From NCBI GenBank assembly GCA_038206295.1, contig JBBRAZ010000018.1, forward strand, positions 8,728 through 72,727: a stretch of 64,000 nucleotides of DNA, read 5' to 3'. This document shows, one piece after another, positions 35,487 to 43,096 of the stretch (positions within the stretch are counted from its first letter, which is position 1; each line of letters starts with the position of its first letter). The stretch is from Acidimicrobiales bacterium (GTDB lineage: Bacteria; Actinomycetota; Acidimicrobiia; Acidimicrobiales; JBBRAZ01). The position numbers and the translations under genes were made by a program. Below the pieces are notes generated by a model. It did no database searches. It was not told the DNA's origin and saw only the letters and a program-made list of their open reading frames with translations.

Positions 35487-37439
35487 GTGGAGGAGCTCAT
35501 CTGGCTGATCCCCGCCCTGCCGCTCGCCGGCGCGCTGCTGCTGGTGGTCGCTGGCCGCCGTCTCGGCGAACCGGTGGCGGGCCTGGTCGCGACCGGCGCC
35601 ACGCTCGGGTCGTTCGCGCTGGCTCTCGGCATGTTCGCGAACCTGGTCTCGCTCGACGAGCACGAGCGGATCCTGACGCAGCGGCTCTTCACGTGGGTGC
35701 CCGCCGGCAGCTTCAGCGTCGACATGGGGTTCCTGCTCGACCCGCTGGCGATGACGATGGTCCTCTTCGTCACCGGCGTCGGCGCGCTGATCCACATCTA
35801 CTCGATCGGGTACATGCACGGTGACCCGCGCTTCCACCAGTTCTTCCTCTACCTCAACCTCTTCGTCGCCTCGATGCTGCTGCTGGTGCTCGGCGACAAC
35901 ATGCTGCTCACCTTCCTCGGCTGGGAGGGCGTCGGCGCCTGCTCCTACCTGCTGATCTCCTTCTGGTTCGAGGAGGAGGCCAACGCCAGCGCCGGCAAGA
36001 AGGCGTTCGTCACCAACCGCATCGGTGACTGGGGCTTCATGGTCGCCATGTTCTTCACCTTCACCACCTTCGGCACCCTGCAGTACGCCGAGGTGCTGAC
36101 CGGTGCCAGCAGCCTGGCCGAGACCACCGCCACGGCCATCGCCCTGCTCCTCTTCGTCGGCGCGGTGGGCAAGTCGGCGCAGATCCCGCTGTTCATCTGG
36201 CTCCCCGACGCCATGGCCGGCCCGACCCCTGTCTCCGCGCTCATCCACGCCGCCACGATGGTCACCGCCGGCGTCTTCCTGATGGTGCGCACCAGCCCGA
36301 TCCTCGTGGAGGCCGCCGACTGGGTGCCGACGACGATCGCGACGGTCGGCGCGCTCACCGCGCTCGTCGCCGCCACCATCGCGGTGGCCCAGAACGACAT
36401 CAAGAAGGTGCTCGCGTACTCCACGGTGAGCCAGCTCGGCTACATGTTCCTCGCTGTCGGCACCGGCGCCTACGTGGCCGCCATCTTCCACATGGTCACC
36501 CACGCCTTCTTCAAGGCGCTGCTGTTCCTCGGCTCCGGATCGGTCATCCACGGAATGGGCGACGAGCAGGACATGCGCCGCATGGGAGGTCTGCGGCGGT
36601 TCATGCCCGTCACCGCCGTCACCTTCATCATCGGTTGGCTGGCCATCGCTGGGGTGCCGCCGCTGGCGGGCTTCTGGTCCAAGGACGAGATCCTCCTCGG
36701 CGCCTGGGAGGAGAGCCCCGTGCTGTGGGCCATGGGTCTGCTCACCGCGCTGCTCACCGCGTTCTACATGAGCCGCCAGGTCTTCCTCACGTTCTTCGGG
36801 GAGCCGCGCTGGAGCCTCGAGGGCGACGGCGACGCCGCGGTCGACCCCGCGGCGGGCATGCCCGGTGACGAGCTCCCCGAGCCGAAGCCCGCTGGGTTCC
36901 ACCCGCACGAGTCGCCGTGGTCCATGACCATGCCGCTGGTGGTGCTGGCGTTCCTCGCCGTGGTCGCCGGCGGTCTCAACCTCCCCTTCAGCAAGGATCT
37001 CCACTTCCTCGAGTCCTGGCTCGAGCCCTCGCTCTTCGGCAACGGGCACCACAGCACCGCCGAGGGGAGCGAGAAGGTGGCGCTCGCCGTCGTCGCCATC
37101 GCGGCGGGTCTGGCGGGCATCGCCGGTGCCGCGGTCCTGTACCTGAAGCGCCGCGGCCGACCGGCGACCGTCGAGGCCGCCGTGCTGCGTCGCGGCTGGT
37201 ACATCGACTCGTCGGTCACCTGGTTCATGGGCGGACCGGGTCGCGCCGCGTTCGACGCCGTGGCCTGGTTCGATCGCACCGTCATCGACGGCGCGGTCAA
37301 CGGCGTGGGTGCCGCGGTGCGGCTCGTCGGCACCGGGGTGCGCCCGATGCAGAGCGGGTACGTTCGCACCTACGCGCTGACGTTGGGGCTCGGTGCGCTC
37401 GCGGTCCTCGTGCTGGTGCTCTCGAGGGTGGCGATCTGA
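35487..37439 (+). CDS. nuoL: NADH-quinone oxidoreductase subunit L (operon 1)
   Basis: FLGWEGVGACSYLLISFW, GKSAQIPLFIWLPDAMAGPTPVSALIHAATMV. 650 aa. Confidence 0.93.
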   Translation: MEELIWLIPALPLAGALLLVVAGRRLGEPVAGLVATGATLGSFALALGMFANLVSLDEHERILTQRLFTWVPAGSFSVDMGFLLDPLAMTMVLFVTGVGALIHIYSIGYMHGDPRFHQFFLYLNLFVASMLLLVLGDNMLLTFLGWEGVGACSYLLISFWFEEEANASAGKKAFVTNRIGDWGFMVAMFFTFTTFGTLQYAEVLTGASSLAETTATAIALLLFVGAVGKSAQIPLFIWLPDAMAGPTPVSALIHAATMVTAGVFLMVRTSPILVEAADWVPTTIATVGALTALVAATIAVAQNDIKKVLAYSTVSQLGYMFLAVGTGAYVAAIFHMVTHAFFKALLFLGSGSVIHGMGDEQDMRRMGGLRRFMPVTAVTFIIGWLAIAGVPPLAGFWSKDEILLGAWEESPVLWAMGLLTALLTAFYMSRQVFLTFFGEPRWSLEGDGDAAVDPAAGMPGDELPEPKPAGFHPHESPWSMTMPLVVLAFLAVVAGGLNLPFSKDLHFLESWLEPSLFGNGHHSTAEGSEKVALAVVAIAAGLAGIAGAAVLYLKRRGRPATVEAAVLRRGWYIDSSVTWFMGGPGRAAFDAVAWFDRTVIDGAVNGVGAAVRLVGTGVRPMQSGYVRTYALTLGLGALAVLVLVLSRVAI

Positions 37440-39079
37440 TGGGCCTGCTCGCAACGACCGAAGCTGCGGCGCACGCAGGCGATGTGCCGCTGCTGCCCCT
37501 GCTCGTGCTGACCCCGGTGGTCGGCGCGCTCCTGCTGCTGCTCGTGCCCGGGCGTCGCACCGAGCTCATCCGCCTCGTGGCGTTCCTCACCTCGGTGCTC
37601 GCCGCGGTGGCGAGCGTCTACGTCCTCGCCGAGTTCGACGCCGCCGATTCGGGCATGCAGCTCGTCTCGCACCGCACCTGGGTCGCGGACTTCGGCATCT
37701 CGTGGTTCCTCGGCATCGACGGGATCTCGCTGTTCCTCGTCGTGCTCACCGGCCTGCTGTTCCCGCTCACCATCATCGGGATCAGCCCCGGCCACGACGA
37801 CAAGGCGTACTACTTCTGGCTGCTGGTGCTCGAGGCCGGGTGCCTGGGCGTGTTCCTCGCCATGGACCTGTTCCTCTTCTTCGTCTTCTTCGAGATCGCG
37901 CTGGTCCCGATGTACATGCTCATCGGCGGGTGGGGCCACGGGAACCGCAGCTACGCCGCGACCAAGTTCTTCCTCTACACGATGGCCGGCTCCGCGCTGA
38001 TGCTCGTCGGCATCCTGACGCTGGTGCTGCTCAGCGCGGACGCCACCGGCGGGCCGACCTTCGACGTCCTGCGCCTCGGCGAGGCGCAGGCCCTCGCCCC
38101 GATGACGGCTCGCTGGGTGTTCTGCTCGTTCATGCTGGCGCTCGCCATCAAGGTGCCGGTGTTCCCGCTGCACACCTGGCTGCCCGATGCGCACACCGAG
38201 GCGCCGACGGCGGGCTCGATCATCCTCGCCGGCGTCATGCTCAAGATGGGCACCTACGGCTTCTTGCGCTTCGGGCTCTACCTCTTCCCGGAGGCGGCTG
38301 TGTGGGCTGCACCCGCGATGCTCACGCTCGGGGTGGTCGGCATCATCTGGGGCGCGGTGGTCGCCACCATGCAGAGGGACCTGAAGCGCCTCGTCGCCTA
38401 CTCGTCGGTCGCGCACCTCGGCTTCATCGTTCTGGGCACCTTCGCTCTCAACACCGAGGGGCTCCAGGGCGGCATCTTGCAGATGGTCAACCACGGCATC
38501 TCGACCGGTGCGCTGTTCCTCCTCGTCGGCCTCATCTACGAGCGTCGCCACACCCGTGAGATCAGCGAGCTCGGCGGGCTGCAGTCCGCTGCGCCGATGC
38601 TCGCAGCGGTGTTCGTGCTCGTGGTGTTCTCGTCGATCGGTCTGCCGGGGCTCAACGGCTTCGTCGGCGAGTTCCTCACGTTGCTCGGCGCCTTCATCTC
38701 ACATCGCTGGTGGGGGGTGGTCGCTGCCAGCGGCGTGATCCTCGCCGCGCTCTACCTGCTGTGGGCCTTCCAGCGCGTGTTCCACGGTCGAGCCGAGGGT
38801 GACAACGCGACGATGCCGGACCTCACCTGGAAGGAGGGCGTCGTGCTCGCCCCCTTCGTGCTGGCCATCATCGGCTTGGGTCTCTACCCGAGGCCCGTCC
38901 TCGAGCGGATCGAGCCATCGGTCGAGCGGCTGCTCGTGCACATGGACGCGCAGGTCGACGATTGGGAGCGGCCGGTGATCGAGCCGATCCAGATCGTGGT
39001 CGACGACGCCGAGGATGATCTCGGCGACGGCGGCGACCACGATGCCGGAGCAGATGAGCACGCGGAGGCCGGCCGATGA
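37439..39079 (+). CDS. nuoM: NADH-quinone oxidoreductase subunit M (operon 1)
   Basis: KVPVFPLHTWLPDAHTEAPTAGSIILAGVMLKMG. Acidic C-terminal tail. Confidence 0.93.
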   Translation: MGLLATTEAAAHAGDVPLLPLLVLTPVVGALLLLLVPGRRTELIRLVAFLTSVLAAVASVYVLAEFDAADSGMQLVSHRTWVADFGISWFLGIDGISLFLVVLTGLLFPLTIIGISPGHDDKAYYFWLLVLEAGCLGVFLAMDLFLFFVFFEIALVPMYMLIGGWGHGNRSYAATKFFLYTMAGSALMLVGILTLVLLSADATGGPTFDVLRLGEAQALAPMTARWVFCSFMLALAIKVPVFPLHTWLPDAHTEAPTAGSIILAGVMLKMGTYGFLRFGLYLFPEAAVWAAPAMLTLGVVGIIWGAVVATMQRDLKRLVAYSSVAHLGFIVLGTFALNTEGLQGGILQMVNHGISTGALFLLVGLIYERRHTREISELGGLQSAAPMLAAVFVLVVFSSIGLPGLNGFVGEFLTLLGAFISHRWWGVVAASGVILAALYLLWAFQRVFHGRAEGDNATMPDLTWKEGVVLAPFVLAIIGLGLYPRPVLERIEPSVERLLVHMDAQVDDWERPVIEPIQIVVDDAEDDLGDGGDHDAGADEHAEAGR

Positions 39080-40629
39080 GCCCGCTCGCCCTGCTCGCGC
39101 AGACCGAGGCCGTTCCCAACATCGACACGCCCATCATCGAGTGGAGCGCGGTGGCACCGATGCTAGTGCTCGGGGTCGGCGCGGTGCTGCTCCTCACGTT
39201 CACGTCGCTCGGGCGCATCCGACCCGAGCGCGGGACGACGACGCTGTTCACGGTCGTGGTGGCGCTCGGCGCCATGCTCGCCGCGGTGCCCCAGTGGGCG
39301 CAGGTGCAGGGGTGGACCGACTACCGGTGGATCGACGACGGCCACACGGGAGCGTGGACCGCCATCGGCGGCGCGGTCGGCGTGGACGGCTTCTCGGTCT
39401 TCATCACCTACATCCTGTGCATCTCGGTGATCCTCGTGTCGCTGCTGGCCGACGAGCACTGCCGTCGAGAGGGGATCGCCGGTCCCGAGCTGCACGCCCT
39501 GCTGCTCCTGTCCGCGACCGGCGGCGTCGTCATGGCGTCGGCCAACGACCTCATCGTCTTGTTCCTCGGCCTCGAGACGCTGTCGATCGCGGTCTACGTG
39601 CTCGTCGCGATGGATCTGCGGCGGATCCAGTCGCAGGAGGCGGGGTTCAAGTACTTCGTGCTGGGAGCGTTCGCGTCCGCGTTCCTGCTCTACGGCATCG
39701 CCATGATCTACGGCGCCACGGGCACGACGAACCTCGTCGGCATCGTCGACTTCCTCGCCGGCAACCTCGTCGCCGAGGACGCCCTGTTGCTCGCCGGCCT
39801 CTCGCTGCTCGTGGTGGGCCTGGGGTTCAAGGTGGCCGCGGTGCCGTTCCACCTGTGGACCCCCGACGTGTACGAGGGCGCCCCGAGCCCGGTCACCGCC
39901 TACATGGGCGCAGCGGTGAAGGCAGCAGCCTTCGCCGGCATGCTGCGGGTCCTGCTGCTCGGCTTCGGCAGCTACGACGGCACGTGGGTGCCGGTCATCG
40001 AGATCCTGGCTGCGCTGTCGCTGGTGGTCGGGGCGGTCATGGCCGTCGTGCAGACGAACGTGAAGCGGATGCTCGCCTACTCATCGATCAGCCACGCCGG
40101 CTTCCTCCTGGTGGGCGTGGCTGCCTCGCCGGAGGCCGGGACCGCGGACGTGCTCTTCTACCTCGCGGCGTACAGCCTGCTGGTCATCGGCTCCTTCGGG
40201 GTCGTCACCCTCGTGGGGCGCTCCGGCGACGCCCAGCACGACCTCGCCGACTACCGGGGCCTCGCCCAGGGATCGCCGGTGCTCGCCGCCATGTTGACGG
40301 TGTTCCTCCTCGCCCAGGCCGGCGTGCCGCTGACCTCCGGGTTCTTCGCCAAGTTCTACGTCATCGCCGGCGCGGTCGAGGCCCGGAGCTGGTGGCTGGC
40401 CATCGTGGCCATGCTCGCCTCGGTGATCGCCGCCTTCCTGTACCTGCGGATCATCGCTGCCATGTGGCTCAGCGACGACCCGGAGCCGCTTCGCGTCGAG
40501 GTGCCCTTCGCCGCCGGCCTGGCGCTGTGGGCGGCGCTGCTCGGCACCGTCGTCGTGGGCATCTTCCCGAGCATCCTCATCGATGCGGCTCGAGACGCCG
40601 TGCCGATGCTGGTCTCGCTGGCCCCGTAG
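39076..40629 (+). CDS. nuoN: NADH-quinone oxidoreductase subunit N (operon 1)
   Basis: KVAAVPFHLWTPDVYEGAPSPVTAYM. ATGA overlap with nuoM. Confidence 0.93.
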   Translation: MSPLALLAQTEAVPNIDTPIIEWSAVAPMLVLGVGAVLLLTFTSLGRIRPERGTTTLFTVVVALGAMLAAVPQWAQVQGWTDYRWIDDGHTGAWTAIGGAVGVDGFSVFITYILCISVILVSLLADEHCRREGIAGPELHALLLLSATGGVVMASANDLIVLFLGLETLSIAVYVLVAMDLRRIQSQEAGFKYFVLGAFASAFLLYGIAMIYGATGTTNLVGIVDFLAGNLVAEDALLLAGLSLLVVGLGFKVAAVPFHLWTPDVYEGAPSPVTAYMGAAVKAAAFAGMLRVLLLGFGSYDGTWVPVIEILAALSLVVGAVMAVVQTNVKRMLAYSSISHAGFLLVGVAASPEAGTADVLFYLAAYSLLVIGSFGVVTLVGRSGDAQHDLADYRGLAQGSPVLAAMLTVFLLAQAGVPLTSGFFAKFYVIAGAVEARSWWLAIVAMLASVIAAFLYLRIIAAMWLSDDPEPLRVEVPFAAGLALWAALLGTVVVGIFPSILIDAARDAVPMLVSLAP

Positions 40630-40724
40630 CTGAGGTCGCCGCCCACGGCGGCACCGGCGACGTGCGATGCAGCCGCAGCCGCCAACGACCGACCGCGTCG
40701 CCGCCGCCCCGTAGGATCGGCGCC

Positions 40725-42224
40725 GTGGATCCCGCTGGCCCCCCTCGAGACGGCACAGGCGCGCCCGTGGCGTGGGCCGGCGAGGGGCTGGTGCTGGTGC
40801 TGGCGCCCGATCTCGCCACCGCGGCGCCGGTCCTCGGGGCGCTCAACGGGCTCGAGGGGGCGGCGATCCGACGTCGGGCTGGGTCAGTCCAGCTCGCGGC
40901 GCGGCTCGGGCGCGAGGTCGAGCACAACCTCCTCGAGAACCGCGAGCTCGCCGGCGGCGCCAGCGCGCTGGAGGAGTCCGAGCGGGTGCGGCTCGGCATC
41001 GTGGCGCAGTCCAGTGCGGCGCGCCACGCGCGCACGCTGGCAGCGGACCTGATCGGGTTCGCGACCGACGTGCTCGACGTCGACCTGATCGTCGAGCCGG
41101 TCACCGGGCCCTCCGACGTGCTCATCGCCGCCGCCCAGCTCGTGCCCGCCGCCCGCCTGGTGGTGGTGGAGGTCGGCGACGACGGCCTCGGCGACGTCTT
41201 GCTGGACCGGTTCGGCACCGAGCGCGTCCTGGCGGTGACGCTCGAGGACGCCGCGGCCAGCGCGCGGGCGGTGGCGGCGTTCCTCGGTCGCTCGCTGCCG
41301 CACGACGATGCGGCGGTGAGCGCGGATGACGAGGCGAGCCCTGCGGCGGTTCCGCTGCGGGTCCCCGACCCTGCCGACGAGCACGTCGTGGTCTACCGGC
41401 CCCAGGACCGGCTCGACCTCGGGTACGTCGCTGCGTGGCGCTCGATCCTGGGCTCGGTGCGCACGCATCGCGACCTGGCGTGGCAGATGTTCCGCCGCGA
41501 CTTCTTCGCGCCGTACCGCAGCAGCTACCTCGGCATCAGCTGGCTCGTCATCGCACCCCTGCTGGCGATGGTGCAGTGGATGATCGTTCAGCGCAACGGC
41601 GTGCTCGATCCCGGCGAGATCTCCGTTCCCTACCCGGTCTTCGTGCTCATCGGCACCACGATGTGGACGATGTTCATGGGCGTGTACACCGCGACGAAGA
41701 TCACGCTCACCTCCAGCGGCCACCTGCTGCTCCAGATCAACTTCCCGCGGGAGATCCTCGTCTTCAAGCAGCTCGGGCAGCAGATGGCGACGTTCCTGGT
41801 GAGCTTCGGGGTCACCCTCGCGGTGCTCGGCGTGTACGCCATCGCTCCGGCGTGGCAGTCGATCTTCCTCCCCTTCGCCCTGATCCCCCTCATCTTGATG
41901 GGCACCGCGTGCGGGCTCGTGGTGGCGATGATCGCGGTGGTGGCCGTCGATCTCGATCGGCTCCTCACGACGGTGTGGGCGCTCGTGCTCTGGCTCACGC
42001 CGGTCGTGTACCAGCTGGGGGATACGACCGGCGCCCTCGCGACCGTCGTGCGCTGGAACCCCCTCACCTACCTCGTCCTCGCACCGCGCGACCTCATCCT
42101 CTTCGGTGAGGTGAGCCACCCTCAGCGCTTCGCCGTCGCCAGCGCGCTCGCGCTCCTCCTCTTCATCGGCGCCGGTCGCCTCTTCCACGTGTCGGAGCCG
42201 CAGCTGGTGGAGAGGCTGCTGTGA
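40725..42224 (+). CDS. ABC-2 (Wzm/TagG-type) polysaccharide export permease with an in-frame ~195-aa N-terminal extension of unknown function
   Basis: C-terminal ~300 aa has the typical Wzm lead-in (WRSILGSVRTHRDLAWQMFRRDFFAPYRSSYLGISW) and 6 TM helices. The upstream 40725-41315 has no stop and strong GC3 coding bias. An alternative internal start is GTG 41316. Confidence 0.7.
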   Translation: MDPAGPPRDGTGAPVAWAGEGLVLVLAPDLATAAPVLGALNGLEGAAIRRRAGSVQLAARLGREVEHNLLENRELAGGASALEESERVRLGIVAQSSAARHARTLAADLIGFATDVLDVDLIVEPVTGPSDVLIAAAQLVPAARLVVVEVGDDGLGDVLLDRFGTERVLAVTLEDAAASARAVAAFLGRSLPHDDAAVSADDEASPAAVPLRVPDPADEHVVVYRPQDRLDLGYVAAWRSILGSVRTHRDLAWQMFRRDFFAPYRSSYLGISWLVIAPLLAMVQWMIVQRNGVLDPGEISVPYPVFVLIGTTMWTMFMGVYTATKITLTSSGHLLLQINFPREILVFKQLGQQMATFLVSFGVTLAVLGVYAIAPAWQSIFLPFALIPLILMGTACGLVVAMIAVVAVDLDRLLTTVWALVLWLTPVVYQLGDTTGALATVVRWNPLTYLVLAPRDLILFGEVSHPQRFAVASALALLLFIGAGRLFHVSEPQLVERLL

Positions 42225-43096
42225 GCGGCGAGCTGCTCGACGAGCTCGACTCGGGAGGCGACGAGGTGCTGGCTCCCGGCGACGTCGTTGCGGTGCGCGG
42301 CGTCTCGAAGAAGTTCTCGCGCACGCTGCGGCGGAGCCTCGCGCACGGCATGGTCGATCTCGGTCGCAACGCGGTCGGCATATCCGCGCAGACCGGCGTG
42401 CTGCGCACCGGCGAGTTCTGGGCGGTCGACGACGTGAGCTTCACCGTGCGCCGCATGGAGCGCGTGGGGATCATCGGCGTCAACGGCAGCGGGAAGACCA
42501 CCCTCCTGCGCACCATCGCCGGGGTGTTCCCGCCTGACCGCGGCGAGATCGCGGTTCGTGGGCGGGTCACGGCCCTGCTGTCGGTCGGCACGGGCTTCCA
42601 CCCGCACCTCACCGGTCGGGAGAACATCTTCCTCAACGGTGCGGTCCTCGGCATGGATCGCAGCCGCATCGAGGATCGGCTCCCGGAGATCATCGACTTC
42701 GCAGAGCTGGGCGACTTCCTCGACTCGCCGGTGTCGATGTACTCGTCGGGAATGCGCGGGCGCCTCGGCTTCGCCGTGTCGGTGGCGCTGGATCCCCAGC
42801 TGCTGCTCCTCGACGAGGTGCTCGCCGTCGGTGACGTGGCGTTCAAGCAGCGCTGCTTCAAGCGCTTGGAGGAGATCAGCGGGCGCACCTCGCTGGTGCT
42901 CGTCGCGCACCTGCCGACGCACGTGCGCCGGATCTGCGAGCGCGTCCTGTGGATGGAGCACGGTCGCGTGATCATGGACGGGCCCACCGATGACGTCCTG
43001 GACGCCTACGCGGAGGCGATGCACCGGATCGATGATCAGTTCGCGACGCGTACGGGGCGGGAGCGCAGCGATCGGGACGACTTCGATGTCATCTGA
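42221..43096 (+). CDS. Polysaccharide/teichoic-acid export ABC ATP-binding protein (Wzt/TagH-type)
   Basis: Walker A GVNGSGKTTLL, signature YSSGMRGRLGFA, Walker B LLLLDEVLAVGD. GTGA overlap with the permease. Confidence 0.9.
   Translation: MSGELLDELDSGGDEVLAPGDVVAVRGVSKKFSRTLRRSLAHGMVDLGRNAVGISAQTGVLRTGEFWAVDDVSFTVRRMERVGIIGVNGSGKTTLLRTIAGVFPPDRGEIAVRGRVTALLSVGTGFHPHLTGRENIFLNGAVLGMDRSRIEDRLPEIIDFAELGDFLDSPVSMYSSGMRGRLGFAVSVALDPQLLLLDEVLAVGDVAFKQRCFKRLEEISGRTSLVLVAHLPTHVRRICERVLWMEHGRVIMDGPTDDVLDAYAEAMHRIDDQFATRTGRERSDRDDFDVI

Noticed and set aside
40638-40652. Small GC hairpin (GCCGCC-cac-GGCGGC) after nuoN as the terminator of the 21-gene run.
   Set aside because: Only a 6-bp stem with a 3-nt loop and no U-tract. 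This is too weak to call, so transcription may continue into the glycan genes.
39015-40724. 5-prime 570 codons of the 1069-aa ORF 39015-42224, as if nuoN were overlapped by a giant protein.
   Set aside because: This part is out of frame with nuoM/nuoN and reads as an Arg/Pro-rich shadow sequence. Coding-like composition only begins after the nuoN stop (about 40725).
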